Shown: positions 1 through 11,735, counted from the first letter of the stretch. The stretch is DNA of 64,000 nucleotides from an uncultured Verrucomicrobiae bacterium (GCA_963702845.1 OY969763.1:2624001-2688000); one strand, 5' to 3'. Notes: a model not told the origin generated them from the letters alone. Translations and numbers: made by a program.

Positions 1-101
1 AGCACCACAATTCGATTGGTATCGAACGCCGCGCGCGAATTCAGCGCAAAGAAAACAACAAATAGCGAGCAACAGGCAAAAACAAATTTAGCAAACTTCA
101 T
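1..101 (-). CDS. 5' end of a secreted protein (partial, runs off the window)
   Basis: Manual translation MKFAKFVFACCSLFVVFFALNSRAAFDTNRIVVL..., signal-peptide-like; not in the ORF track. Confidence 0.6.
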   Translation of the reverse strand, partial: MKFAKFVFACCSLFVVFFALNSRAAFDTNRIVV

Positions 102-235
102 TCAAATATGGAGGAATACCTCGTCCTTACGAGACTTGGACGAAGCAGAAAAGGTTACGATTCGAAAATTAGAAATGGCGCCGCCCCATCGACTCTATCG
201 GCACAATTACCCTGGCTCATCACCTTTTTACCGAC

Positions 236-2494
236 TCATTGTCGAATCGATCCGTAGACTGCCATCGTGTTCGTGAAACCCGCTGAATAAAAAGTGCCGA
301 ACGCGCCAGTTTTAATCCAGCTCACGTTGCCGGTCAGTTTGTAGTCGAGTGAGTTGGTGAATGTGATCCATCCAAGCGCGGATCCGGCGCCTTTATACAG
401 CCGAATGTAAAAAGGCCACTGTCCTGCTTTGGAAAGAATGGCAGTCTGGGCGAGAGCAACATCGTCAGCCAGTTGCCCACTCAGAGCGATGGATCCCGTG
501 GACTTCACTTTGACAATACCTCGCGTTCCGAAATCAGGAGCGCTGGTCCCGTTACCGACGCCGAGGAACGTCATCGCATAATTACCCGCCTGCGGACAAG
601 GATTCGTCAAACTATAGAAGTTCTTATATCCCATTAACGACGCGTTCCATACTCCGTCCGATACCGAACCCGAGACACTTCCGCTTGAACCGTCAGACGA
701 AAGTTGCAAATTCACCGCCAGAGTATTTGTCCCGGTGCGCAGGACCGAAACGCTGGCCGCAGCCGAATTTGTATTGAACGTGCCTGTTAAAGGATAGCTG
801 CCACCTTCGATGAAAATCCTGCCGCCAATTTTCCATTTGGCATCAATCGTCAAACTGAAATAACCGGAGCTTTGATGCGTGACATGGTTCGATTCGTAGA
901 AAAGTCCCGCGTAGGCGCCTTTGGCGAGCGCGTTCGGTAATAATGTGATGATGAGATTAGTCGCGGTACTGCCCTGATAATTGGAGTCGTTAACCGCTGC
1001 AACAACAGCGTAATTGCCGACAGCACTCGGAGCACTAGGTGAACCATTGTAAGTTACATCCACTGGCAAACCCACCGGAACCGTGACAACGGAAACGCTT
1101 TTAATTGTTCCATCAAAGTATTGCAGCAAATTACCCAAAGCTACCGGTGCCGTCGCCTTATTGATAACCAATGTCCCGGTAGCCTTGCCGTAATAATCCG
1201 AGTCAATGCCCGTTGCAACGACTGCGTAACTTCCCTGGTTCACAGGTCCATTGGCCGAACCGTCGTACGTCACCGTGACCGAAAATCCCGACGGAACAGT
1301 CGTCACCGGCACAGTCTTTGGTGAGCCGTCATATGTTTGGGCAAGCGAATTCAACGTAACCGTTGCGGTGAGCAGCACTTTGACCATGTTGGGTTGATTA
1401 TCGGTCGTCCCATTCGCGAGTTGGCCTCCATTATTACTGCCCGAATCCCAAACTGAACCGTCAGACTTCAGCGCGACTGTGTGAAAGAGTCCGGCGACCA
1501 ATCCCGTCCAGTTGGTTTCCGACCCAATCTGAAACGGGGCGTGCGCATCATTAGTTGTCCCATTACCCAATTGGCCGTAGGCGTTAAAACCCCAAGCCCA
1601 AATCGAGCCGTCCGTAGCCATCGCTACGCTATGCGTTTGTCCTGCTGAGATTATTTGCCAATTGGTCGCAGAACCGATTTGTGTCGGACTGTCTAACTCA
1701 TTTATTGTTCCATCACCCAATTGGCCGTCGAAATTGCCACCCCAGGCCCAGAGCGTACCATTTGTCTTCAGTCCCAGCGTGTGGAAAAAACCCGCGGCAG
1801 CGATGTTCCAGTCTGTATCTGCACCGATCTGCTCCGGACTATTCGTCTGCGTTGTGGTCCCATCTCCCAACATGCCAAAATTATTTTTGCCCCACGCCCA
1901 AAGCGTGCCGTTGGTCTTCACTGCCAGCGAGTGCGCCTGTCCCGCGGTAACAAACGCCCAATCCGTATCCGAGCCGATCTGAATCAGGCTATGCTCTTCC
2001 GCAGTCGTTGTGTCACCCAATTGCCCCGTACTATTCGCGCCCCATGCCCAAAGCGTTCCATTTGTTTTGATTGCTAAACTGTAAAACGCGCCTGCGGCCA
2101 CTAACTTCCAGTCCGTTGCCGACCCAATTTGAATCGGGCTAAGCGCATTAGCGGTCGTTCCGTCGCCCAACTGCCCGTTGCTGTTGTTACCCCAGGCCCA
2201 AAGAGTGCCATCGGTTTTCAAAGCGAGATTGTGAAATTCTCCCGCGGAGATCGACTGCCAATGATTATCCACCCCGATCTGCTCAGCGCTGACCCGCGAG
2301 GCGGTCGTCCCATCGCCTAATTCACCAAATGAGTTCGTGCCCCACGCCCACAACGTGCCGTTACTAGCGATTGCCAACGAATGATAGCCACTCGCCGATA
2401 TTTTCTGAAAAACGCCGGCTCCAAAACTTAAGAACGCGCCACAACCGAGTGCGAGACACACAAGCACGAATTTGGGGTTGATTGATTTCATCAT
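236..2494 (-). CDS. Secreted RCC1-repeat (BLIP-II-like beta-propeller) protein with MBG/Ig-like domains
   Basis: About 7 repeats of AGxxHSLAxKxDGTLWAWGxNxxGQLGDGT, then 'LAQTYDGSPK...VTYDGS...GSYAVVAT' MBG-like domains; signal peptide. Confidence 0.9.
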   Translation of the reverse strand: MMKSINPKFVLVCLALGCGAFLSFGAGVFQKISASGYHSLAIASNGTLWAWGTNSFGELGDGTTASRVSAEQIGVDNHWQSISAGEFHNLALKTDGTLWAWGNNSNGQLGDGTTANALSPIQIGSATDWKLVAAGAFYSLAIKTNGTLWAWGANSTGQLGDTTTAEEHSLIQIGSDTDWAFVTAGQAHSLAVKTNGTLWAWGKNNFGMLGDGTTTQTNSPEQIGADTDWNIAAAGFFHTLGLKTNGTLWAWGGNFDGQLGDGTINELDSPTQIGSATNWQIISAGQTHSVAMATDGSIWAWGFNAYGQLGNGTTNDAHAPFQIGSETNWTGLVAGLFHTVALKSDGSVWDSGSNNGGQLANGTTDNQPNMVKVLLTATVTLNSLAQTYDGSPKTVPVTTVPSGFSVTVTYDGSANGPVNQGSYAVVATGIDSDYYGKATGTLVINKATAPVALGNLLQYFDGTIKSVSVVTVPVGLPVDVTYNGSPSAPSAVGNYAVVAAVNDSNYQGSTATNLIITLLPNALAKGAYAGLFYESNHVTHQSSGYFSLTIDAKWKIGGRIFIEGGSYPLTGTFNTNSAAASVSVLRTGTNTLAVNLQLSSDGSSGSVSGSVSDGVWNASLMGYKNFYSLTNPCPQAGNYAMTFLGVGNGTSAPDFGTRGIVKVKSTGSIALSGQLADDVALAQTAILSKAGQWPFYIRLYKGAGSALGWITFTNSLDYKLTGNVSWIKTGAFGTFYSAGFTNTMAVYGSIRQ

Positions 2495-2776
2495 GATATT
2501 GCTTGGGGCGATTGGCCTGAAATGCACTGTGAGAGCGCGGGCGCAGGCGATGCTTTTATACGTAAAAGGTCTGACTCTGGTGTTATCTCCCTGTCAAATC
2601 AATTCATTTGTTTCAAAGAAGATGTGCCATCAGTCGCCGAAATTTGGAGGTATTCAAGCGAAAATCGAAGAATTGCTCCTCACCAATCGGGAGAACCTAT
2701 AGCAACACACGGTTAATCACGAATCGAGACTCAATGATTGAACAATGTTGTGATTGTTAGAGGAGGAGATAAAAAA

Positions 2777-2851
2777 TGGCTCCAGAGGTAGGACTCGAAC
2801 CTACAACTTCGCGGTTAACAGCCGCGCGCTCTACCATTGAGCTACTCTGGA
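2777..2851 (-). tRNA. tRNA-Asn(GTT)
   Basis: Reverse complement TCCAGAGTAGCTCAATGGTAGAGC...CTGTTAA...GGTTCGAGTCC...CTCTGGAGCCA; cloverleaf, encoded CCA. Confidence 0.97.
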
Positions 2852-2892
2852 TTCCCTTCCTCCAGCAACCTTCCGGTCACCAAAGGGCGGAT

Positions 2893-2921
2893 AATCTACA
2901 AATCGACCCACACACCGTCAA
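2893..2921 (-). promoter_or_regulatory. Sigma70-type promoter for tRNA-Asn
   Basis: TTGACG-N17-TAGATT on the minus strand, about 40 bp upstream of the tRNA. Confidence 0.65.
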
Positions 2922-3173
2922 CATTTGCGTGAGGAATTATTTTCATCTCTCACTTGACGCTCTCGTAACGCACGTCCTAGCCAGTATTTCGTACCAGCTC
3001 GTGTCCGCCTCTGTCCTACATAACAATGAGACGTTTCATCACAAAATTGCTTTAGAACTACCGTTTCAATGCTGCTAATATGCCAGTTGATCCGAAGCGT
3101 TCCCCAAACAACATAGGGGACGCAACGGACCAGCGTATATGGATGCAGCCTCAAAACCAACAGTGTTGCCATT

Positions 3174-5633
3174 ATGAGCGGAGATGCCGTGCAATCTCTT
3201 GCGCATGACGACCTGCGTCTGCAGGCGCAGCTGCTTGCCGAGAGCGAGGAACGCTTTCGGCAGCTGGCTGAAAATGTCAGCACCGTCTTTTGGATTTGCG
3301 AGTGGCCCTCGCGCAAAATCATTTACGTCAATCCATATTACGAAAAGGTGTTTGGTAAAAAGTGCCAAAACCTGCTCGATAACCGTGAAAGTTGGGACGA
3401 CTCGATTCATCCTGAAGACGTCGAACGATTCATGGCCTCACAGCCGAGACTGGCCAGCGATACGTTCGATGAGACATATCGTATCGTGCGACCCGACGGC
3501 AAAGTCCGTTGGCTTCGCGACCGCGCGAACCCCGTTCGTGATGAAAACGGCAAAATCTACCGCATTGTCGGAACTGCGCTGGATGTAACTGAAAAAAAGC
3601 GCAGCGCACAACGCTGGACCGCCCTTTCGCGCCTCGGCCGCGCCCTTAATTCAGCAACTTCAGCCAAAGAAGCCGCCCAATCCATCGTCGACGCCGCGGA
3701 TGAGTTATTCGGTTGGGACGCGGCAACCCTCGATTTGTATGATGAGGAGACTGACATCACTGCATCCATCCTCGCCGTCGACACGATCGATGGCCAACGG
3801 ACCTCATGTCGCCCGAGTGTTCACTGGTCTCAGCCTTCTAAACTTGCCCGGGCTGTGCTCGCTCACGGCGCGCGATTAATCCTCCGCAAACCCGAGGACT
3901 TTCCAGACGCGCAAACGCATATGTTCGGTGATGCCTCAAAACCGTCCCGGTCATTGATGCTCGTCCCCATTCGCCAGGGAGCTCACACGATCGGCATTTT
4001 ATCCGTCCAGAGCTATCGCCTGAACGCCTATGGCAAATCAGATCTGGAATTGTTCCAGATGTTTGCCGATTACGCTGCCGGCGCGTTGAACCGCATTGCT
4101 GCTGAAGAAGAACGCAGCAGGGTCGAACAGCGCCTCAAAGAACAAGCCGCTTTGCTCGACATTGCGCAGGACGCGATTTTAGTAAAGGACCTCGAGGACC
4201 GCATTATTTACTGGAACAAAGGCGCCGAACGCACCTACGGATGGACTGCACTCGAGGCAGTCGGACGCAAAGCCGCCACGATCCACAAAGACCACGCCAA
4301 GTTTTGTGAATCGATGGACGCCGTTCTCAAACACGGCGAGTGGACCGGCGAAATGATGCAACACACCAAGGATGGCCGCGACCTCGTCGTCCAGGTGCGT
4401 ATGACCCTTGTCCGCGACCACAACGAGAACCCAAAAGCGATTCTCGCCATCAACACCGACGTCACCGACAAGAAAAGGCTTGAAGAACAAATTCTGCGCG
4501 GCCAACGCCTTGAGAGCATCGGAACCCTCGCTGGCGGCATCGCCCACGACCTCAACAACGTCCTCGCGCCCATTCTGATGTCTGTGCAGATGCTGCGACA
4601 AATCGTCAACACTTCTGAAGGCCAGGCGATGCTCGACACGCTGCAGACCAGCAGCCAGCGCGGCGCTGATCTTATCAAACAAGTGCTTTCATTTGCACGC
4701 GGGGTCGAAGGAAAACGCGGCCCCATCAACGTCAGTCACCTCACGCGAGATCTTGAGAAAGTTGTCCACGACACCTTCCCCAAAAATATCCAGTTGCAAA
4801 TCGAGGCGCCAAAAGAACTCTGGACGATTGAAGGCGACCCCACGCATATCCATCAAGTCTTGATGAATTTATGCGTGAACGCGCGCGACGCCATGCCGGA
4901 TGGCGGCAAACTGACTCTCAGCATCAAAAATATAAAAATCGACGAGGCCTATGCCCGCATGAATCCGGACGGCAAAGCCGGATCACACGTCGTCGTGACC
5001 GTTGAGGACACAGGCGCGGGAATCCCTGCATCGATTCGCAACAAAATCTTCGATCCATTCTTCACGACTAAAGAATCGGTAAAGGCACCGGTCTCGGCCT
5101 TGCCACCGTGCTCACGATCGTCAAAAGTCACCACGGATTCATCAACGTCTACAGCGAACCCGGCAAGGGAGCACAGTTCAAAATCTATTTCCCGGCCAGC
5201 CCGCATCAAGCTGTTACCGAGCAAGTCGTCACCGCAGAAGACCAACTTCCGCGCGGCAACGGCGAATTAATCATGATCGTCGACGACGAAGACGCCATCC
5301 GCAGCATCACGGAACAGACGTTGCAATGCTTCGGCTATCGCACAGTCACTGCTTCAAACGGCGCTGAGGCAGTCGCGCTCTATGCCCAACGGCCAACCGA
5401 AATCGCTGTCGTGCTCACCGATATGATGATGCCGGTGATGGATGGGGCCGCTGCCATTGTCGCCCTTCGATCAATTAATCCGACCGTAAAAGTCATCGGC
5501 TCCAGCGGACTTGGATCGAACGACGGCCCCGCCAAGCTCGATCAGCGGTGGCGTCCACGAATTCATCGCCAAACCCTACACCGCCGAACAATTGTTGAAA
5601 GCTCTCGACAAAGTGCTCCATCAAATGTCCTAG
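3174..5633 (+). CDS. PAS-GAF-PAS hybrid histidine kinase with receiver domain (apparent frameshifts near 5075 and 5540)
   Basis: PAS/PAC motifs, H-box AGGIAHDLNN, N-box NLCVNARDA, G boxes; ORFs 3174..5270 and 5108..5650 join (KxxGKGTGLGL split); receiver ends FIAKPYTAEQLL...*. Confidence 0.88.
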
Positions 5634-5712
5634 CCGCCGCCGTTCGTTGAGGACCGTTTGCCCGTTTGCCATCGGGGTATTCCCCTGCTATCGTTACACG
5701 CTTTTACGGACC

Positions 5713-6519
5713 ATGAGCACATCTTCTAAAAACAATCCCAAGGTTGAGGTCATGCACGACAAACAGAGCGAGCGCGACCATCGCAAACTGCGCATCGACA
5801 AAGTCGGCGTTCGTGGCCTGCGTTTCCCGATTCAAATCCGCGACAAAGAAAAAGTCGTGCAAAACACAGTCGCGACCATCGGCATGTTTGTCGACCTGCC
5901 CCACGAGTTCAAAGGCACCCACATGAGCCGCTTCATCGAGGTGCTCAACTCCCACGGCAGCATGGTCCACGTCGAAAACATCAACGACATTCTCCACGCC
6001 ATGCAGGCGAAGCTCAACGCCGCTACTGCGCATCTGGAAATGGAATTCCCATTTTTCCTCACCAAAAAAGCGCCCGTCTCGGGAATGGAAAGCGTGATGG
6101 ATTACACCGCGCGCTTCGATGCCACCGCCTGCGCCAAAGACATCGATTTCGTGCTCACCGTCAAAGTCGGTGTCACCACGCTCTGCCCCTGCTCCAAGGC
6201 AATTTCCAAATACGGAGCGCACAATCAACGCGGCCTTTGCACCGTCCAGATTCGTTCTCGGAAAGCGATTTGGATTGAGGACCTGATCGCTCTCGTCGAA
6301 GCAAGCGCCAGTTGTGAACTGTATTCCTTGCTCAAACGTCGTGACGAAAAAGCCGTCACCGAACGCGCTTACGAAAATCCCGTTTTCGTCGAAGACCTCG
6401 TCCGTAGCGTCGCCGAAAAACTCAACGCCCATCGCGATGTCACGTGGTATAAAATCGAAGCCGAGAACTACGAAAGCATCCACAGCCACAACGCCTACGC
6501 CTCCATCGAAAAAGGTTAA
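5713..6519 (+). CDS. folE2: GTP cyclohydrolase IB (FolE2)
   Basis: KGTHMSRF, TTLCPCSK, GAHNQRG, FVEDLVR, ESIHSHNAYA motifs. Confidence 0.95.
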   Translation: MSTSSKNNPKVEVMHDKQSERDHRKLRIDKVGVRGLRFPIQIRDKEKVVQNTVATIGMFVDLPHEFKGTHMSRFIEVLNSHGSMVHVENINDILHAMQAKLNAATAHLEMEFPFFLTKKAPVSGMESVMDYTARFDATACAKDIDFVLTVKVGVTTLCPCSKAISKYGAHNQRGLCTVQIRSRKAIWIEDLIALVEASASCELYSLLKRRDEKAVTERAYENPVFVEDLVRSVAEKLNAHRDVTWYKIEAENYESIHSHNAYASIEKG

Positions 6520-6523
6520 CCTC

Positions 6524-6612
6524 GTAGACGCCGAGGTGAGGAGGCGGATCTTCATTCCACTCGGCGCGCGGACAATCACGTTTGCGTCTTCATAGCGTTG
6601 CGTTAGATCCGC
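6524..6612. repeat. Degenerate GTAG-type REP-like element
   Basis: GTAGACGCCGAGGTGAGGAGGCGGATCT with a downstream partial inverted copy AGATCCGC, just after the folE2 stop. Confidence 0.45.
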
Positions 6613-6746
6613 TCTGGTCAATCTCAGCAATTCGCCCACAACCGAATCGTTCCCTCTCCTAGTTGCCCCTAAACCATCCTGAGCGATGGAAAGGTATGGA
6701 CTAATTCCATCCGGTCGTTCCGACCGGCAAATCACAAGGAGAAATC

Positions 6747-7274
6747 ATGAAGAAGATTGTTACTACCATTGGGTGTTTCACACTCGCGACTTCCCTCGCC
6801 TTGGCGCAGGCCGGCGGTGGTGGTGCAGGCGGGGCTGCTGGTGCAGGCGGCGCCGGCGCTGGCGGAGCGGGAGCCGGAACAGGTGGAGCGGGCGGAGCCG
6901 GTGTCTCTGGCACTGGAACAGCTGGCACGGGAGCGGGCGTTGGGACCACAGGTTCAGGCACAAGCACGGGCGCTGGTGTCTCAGGCACCACCGGCAACAA
7001 CAGTGTTAACCCCAACGGAACCGGCGTCGGCGGAGTCGGCAGCAGCTCAACCGGACTAGGCACCGGAAACACTACAGGAACTGGCCTTAACACTGGAACC
7101 AGCGCAGGCACAGGTCTGAATAATGGCACCGGAACCGGCACGATCATCGGTGGTTCCGCGGGCGCAGCCGGTGCAAGCATTTACACGAATAACAACAACT
7201 TGAACGCCAACCCAGGCCTTCAACAAAACGGCACCGCCCCGAGTCCACTGAACACGACTCCGCGTAATCCTTAA
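6747..7274 (+). CDS. Secreted Gly/Thr/Asn-rich low-complexity protein
   Basis: AGGAGA RBS, signal peptide MKKIV...ALAQA, GAG/GTG repeats. Confidence 0.75.
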   Translation: MKKIVTTIGCFTLATSLALAQAGGGGAGGAAGAGGAGAGGAGAGTGGAGGAGVSGTGTAGTGAGVGTTGSGTSTGAGVSGTTGNNSVNPNGTGVGGVGSSSTGLGTGNTTGTGLNTGTSAGTGLNNGTGTGTIIGGSAGAAGASIYTNNNNLNANPGLQQNGTAPSPLNTTPRNP

Positions 7275-7298
7275 CAACAGGCACGCTGCGTTGCGGCA

Positions 7299-9135
7299 TT
7301 ACCACCGATCCAGCGGCAGCACCTCTGTCCGCTGGGTCGAGTCTGGACTCAGGAGAATTGCCAGACGCACACGCGCCACTTCAGGCAAATGAACGGCGAG
7401 TTTCGTTACGCCGCCGTTCTTTGCCTGAACCGGCGGCTGCGGTGACGTCGGCAAAGGTTCCGGCTTCATCACTTCAAACTTCGCATTCGCTGGACTCAAA
7501 ATCCGCGCGAACAATTTTTTACCATTCAGTTCCAACACCGCTTCCGCGCCCTTCGTATTAATCGCAGCCACCGTGTGCAGGAACCACCAGACGTTACCTG
7601 ATTGTTTCCGATCAATCTCATCTTCCACCAACACATCGCGTCGATTCAACAGCGCAACCCCGCGCAGCACCTTGCTCGCATTCGTGTAGGACGCGGTAAT
7701 ATCCGCAATTGCAAAAACCCGCTCCGGTTTCGATTCGAAACGAACAATTCGAGTGTCCGCTTTTGGATTTTGATCCGGACCTTCCGCCGGATCGATCAGC
7801 AAGGTGTTATGACCTTCCGCGCGCAGTCGATAATATGTCAGTCGTTTGCCGCCGAAATATCCCGGCAAATTGTAATCATCACTGCCCAGATCCAACGCCC
7901 ATCGCTCGCCGAGCGCATCGAGCACGAACGAACCGATATCCAGATGTGCATGATTCGCGCGGTTACTGCCCGCTTTGAAACTCACGCACACCGCATTCGC
8001 GTCTTTCCAATCACCTCGAAACGTAGCGACTTCCGCCGCACGAAAATATTTATCCAACGGCAGGTTGGGACCGTCGCGCTGCGCGGTCCGTTCTACGCCT
8101 CGAATACCAAATCATGTCCTGAGGGCTACCACCCGCGTATTGCTGGCCGAAAACCGCGTATTCAGGTCGATTAAATTTCTTCGCCAGCCAAAACAACTGA
8201 GGCATATCGCCGTCGCGCCCATCGTGACAATCAGCAAAATCGAAGATATGCCCGTTGGGCGCAGTCATATAAATCGGAAACAAACCACAGTTCGAAAAAC
8301 CGGGGATTTGCGACAAACCAAAATCAGTCCCGAGCGCGCTCTCAAGCCCCGCGAGAAACGTCACATTATAAATCGTCGCATAATTCCAATAACCCGGCCC
8401 TTCATTCCACGCTCCATCCGGCGCGAACTTCACCATCGCCAACTGAATCGATTCCAGCGCATCGTGCAAAAGTTCGCCGCATACCACCGGTTCCTCATCC
8501 GCAATCGCCAACGCGCCCATGCCGGTGCCACCGTTGCACACCTGGTTCCAATTGTGCGTCATGCGCGTCCACGTGCCGTGATTGCGATGAAGAGCTAAGG
8601 CCATGTTCAATCCTTTTTCCACAATCGCGCGTTTTAAAAACGTCCGCTGTTCGGGCGTCCAATAGTCGTAAAACCAGTCATACCCAATTCCAAACGCATG
8701 CGTCATCTCCGCCGTGTCGAGGAAATGTCGCGGATTCCAATCCTTGAACTCCCCTGCTGCCTTCAACTCCGCCCACGCGCGCTCCGCGAATTTCTTGTCA
8801 CCCGTCATCCGATACATCATTCCCAAGTCGTAGATCCGATTCATCACCCGCCGGCTCGTCGCCAGCAACCGCAACCCATCCGGAATTTCATACTTCGAAG
8901 GCGCTTCGTTCAAAATTGCATTCGCACGATGCTGCACATTTCCATACCACCCCTTCAGCGTCTCATTCGTCTGCACCGCTTGTTTCAACCGCTCGAAATC
9001 CGCCGCGTTCGCCAACAATCGCGGATGCTCGTGCCGCAACGTTTTTAAAACCGACGAACTCTCCGGCACCGGAACCGGTTCTGCCGCGAGGCATCGCACG
9101 GAAATAAAGAGCGCCAACAACAATCGTAATCTCAT
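7299..9135 (-). CDS. Heparinase II/III-family polysaccharide lyase (DUF4962-like N-terminus), one apparent frameshift near 8060-8100
   Basis: HPRLL, HFLDTAE, HNWNQVC, EGPGYW, HAHLDIGSF, GHNTL motifs across ORFs 8050..9216 and 7299..8057. Confidence 0.85.
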
Positions 9136-9219
9136 CGCCTCAACCAGACGCCACTCGCACAACAAGAGTTTCACGACGCCAATCATTGCGGCGCCTGCCG
9201 GCCCACGCGATGACAAAAA

Positions 9220-10104
9220 TCAAACAAGCAACCGACGCAAATCTTCCGGCAACACCGGCGTTGCGCCAGCATCACCGCAAACGAAACCAGCAATCTGATT
9301 TGCCATCGCATTGATGCGATCCAAATCCAGCCCCCGTAATAGCCCAAGACAAAGCGCCGCCGTAAACGCATCCCCTGCCCCAATCGTATCTTTCACTGCG
9401 ACTGTTACCGCACCGTGATCCGACCAGCGTCCCTCCTGAAATAACAAGCTCCCTCCACCACCACGCGTTAATGCCACAACGCGCAAATCAAATCGCTGCG
9501 CGAAAAACTCAATCTGAGATTTAACATTTCCAGCAGCACCAAACAGTTTCGAAACGATCGGCAACTCCGCATCGTTCAGCTTGAGAACATTCGCCAACTT
9601 CAACGAAGTCTCGATTACTTCGCGGCTGAAATAATGCTGCCGCAAATTGATATCGAAAATCCGCCAGGCCTCCGCGCGCGCCGCCGACACTAAAGTTTGA
9701 ATACTTTCACGTGAAACGCGCTCCCGCTGAGCGAGACTCCCAAAACAAACCGCATCAGCCGCCCGCAGCAAATCCAACGCTTCCGTCGTCACCGCGATGT
9801 GATCCCATGCGACACCTTCATGGATGACATATTCCGGCGCGCCATCAGTCGACACTTCGACACTGACCGTCCCCGTCGGATGCGCAAAATCCGTTTGCAC
9901 GAATTTGTCTGCCAGACCCATTTGAACGAGACGTCGCCGGATTTCATTGCCCCGCTGATCATCGCCAACGCGAGAAATAATCTGCGACCGAGCCTCCAGT
10001 GCGTGGGCATGCCAGGCAAAATTGGCAGGCGCACCACCAAGTTGAGCTCCCGAAGGCAACAAATCCCACAGCACCTCTCCAATGCCAACAACGCTTAAAG
10101 TCAT
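9220..10104 (-). CDS. PfkB-family carbohydrate kinase (fructokinase-like)
   Basis: GEVLWD, GGAPANFA, DINLR, DTIGAGDAF. Confidence 0.92.
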   Translation of the reverse strand: MTLSVVGIGEVLWDLLPSGAQLGGAPANFAWHAHALEARSQIISRVGDDQRGNEIRRRLVQMGLADKFVQTDFAHPTGTVSVEVSTDGAPEYVIHEGVAWDHIAVTTEALDLLRAADAVCFGSLAQRERVSRESIQTLVSAARAEAWRIFDINLRQHYFSREVIETSLKLANVLKLNDAELPIVSKLFGAAGNVKSQIEFFAQRFDLRVVALTRGGGGSLLFQEGRWSDHGAVTVAVKDTIGAGDAFTAALCLGLLRGLDLDRINAMANQIAGFVCGDAGATPVLPEDLRRLLV

Positions 10105-10238
10105 AAAGATTCTGTGCAAGTTTAGAGTCGATTGCCAAGACACCAAGGCGCAAACCAAAAACGAATCGGAACATAATCTCGAACCGATCGTTTAGTCTTT
10201 TCTGACGAATTCTAATCAGGTCTACTTCGCCCTGAGGC

Positions 10239-11735
10239 ATGACACCACGCACTAAAGGCAGGTCGACCATTATTGTGGCAATTATTGTCGTCGCGATCCT
10301 GCTGTCATTTGCGGTCGTTCCAAAACTTTTTCCTCCATCCCCATTCAAATTACCCGCCGGACCGCGCGCGCCGGCAGTCGCCATCGGGAATTCCCATGGC
10401 GTTATTCTCGCGCCAGATGGCACGCTTTGGACCTGGGGCGATTGCACACTACACGGATGGAATGTTTTAGGGTTAGGCCCGAACGTCGTAAAACAACCCA
10501 CCCTCCGCCAAATCGGCACCGACACTAACTGGGTCAATGTCGCCGTCGGTGGCTCGACCACACTCGCCCTCAAATCCGACGGATCCATGTGGGGTTGGGG
10601 CGAGAACGTTTCCGGCCAGGTTGGAGATGGAACCAGTGCGCGCGAGCGCCTCACACCAGTGCGCTCTCTGCCGGGCAACGATTGGAAACAGGTCGCCTGC
10701 GCCGGCCCGCACTCCTTAGCGCTCAAACGCGACGGCTCGCTCTGGTCCTGGGGCAACAATTGGGCAGGACAACTAGGCGATGGAACCACCAGTTCCAGCC
10801 GCACTCCGGTGCAAGTCGGCGCTTCGACAAACTGGACCCGCATTTGGGCCGACCTCATCGAAAACGTCGCGCAACAAAACGATGGCAGCCTCTGGTTCTG
10901 GGGTTGGGACTACAGCCAGTCCAGCAAAGGCTCAAGCATCTCTGTTCCCACCCGTGTCTCGCCTGACACAAATTGGGTCGACGTTGGCATGGGCGATTGG
11001 ATGGTTTTTGCGATCAAATCCGACGGCACATTATGGGCGTGGGGCCGACAGTCCAACCGTTTTAGCACCGCGCAAACCCCGGCCCTCAATTCATCGCCTG
11101 TCCAGGTTGGCCGCGACACCGACTGGCGCGCCTGCGCCCACTTTCAATCCTCAACTCCGCTCTTGATGAAGCGCGACGGCTCCCTTTGGTGCCTCGACGG
11201 CGGCGATCATCGCGGCGTCGCCGTCGTCACAAAACTCGTCCAGAACCTCGTCACCAACAATCAACTGACCTGCATCGCCAACAGCGACACGTTGGGTGGC
11301 GATTCGGAATTCGGCGAAGTCAAACATTTGCAAATCACATACCAACTCAACGGCACCAATGCCGTTGCGGATTTCCGCGAGGACTCAACCGTAAACCTCG
11401 GCCACGCTGACTCGACGCTCACCATCACCCGCGCACTTTACGGCGACCCGAAAAAGTTTGCCGACCTCGACCATCTGTCGCCACAAGAACTTCTCTACCA
11501 ACCCAGCCGACTGCGCCGAGTCAATCTCAACAAAAACATCGTCGCCTTTTGCGGTGGCCGCCACGGCCTCGGCGTCGCGTTAACAACCGATGGCGAAGTG
11601 TGGCACTGGGGCGAAGCTTTGGGTCTGTCCCGTGAACCACTGGCCTCGCTGGGACGTACCCTGAGATCGTTCGGCATCAAACCACCTTGGACCGAACCTC
11701 CTGTAGTCCTTAAGGTCCCCACGCCGTTAGAATGA
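10239..11735 (+). CDS. Membrane-anchored RCC1-repeat protein with an inserted DUF3395-like domain
   Basis: N-terminal TM segment; repeats ALKxDGSLWxWG; insert 'ANSDTLGGDSEFGEVKHLQITY'. Confidence 0.85.
   Translation: MTPRTKGRSTIIVAIIVVAILLSFAVVPKLFPPSPFKLPAGPRAPAVAIGNSHGVILAPDGTLWTWGDCTLHGWNVLGLGPNVVKQPTLRQIGTDTNWVNVAVGGSTTLALKSDGSMWGWGENVSGQVGDGTSARERLTPVRSLPGNDWKQVACAGPHSLALKRDGSLWSWGNNWAGQLGDGTTSSSRTPVQVGASTNWTRIWADLIENVAQQNDGSLWFWGWDYSQSSKGSSISVPTRVSPDTNWVDVGMGDWMVFAIKSDGTLWAWGRQSNRFSTAQTPALNSSPVQVGRDTDWRACAHFQSSTPLLMKRDGSLWCLDGGDHRGVAVVTKLVQNLVTNNQLTCIANSDTLGGDSEFGEVKHLQITYQLNGTNAVADFREDSTVNLGHADSTLTITRALYGDPKKFADLDHLSPQELLYQPSRLRRVNLNKNIVAFCGGRHGLGVALTTDGEVWHWGEALGLSREPLASLGRTLRSFGIKPPWTEPPVVLKVPTPLE

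Noticed and set aside
236..2851. Island integrated at the tRNA-Asn 3' end
   Set aside because: No integrase and no duplicated tRNA 3' end seen in the window; cannot be excluded beyond the left edge.
2776..3078. 100-aa ORF MAPEVGLEPTT...
   Set aside because: It is the antisense reading of tRNA-Asn.
5060..5560. Programmed frameshifting in the kinase, heparinase, sigma or RCC1 genes
   Set aside because: Single-base losses are scattered across unrelated genes, often in short homopolymers, which fits long-read indel error better.
5704..6735. Long antisense ORFs (also 13131-14045, 59150-60145, 38409-39353 and others)
   Set aside because: Shadow ORFs opposite well-supported genes with GC-biased codon usage.
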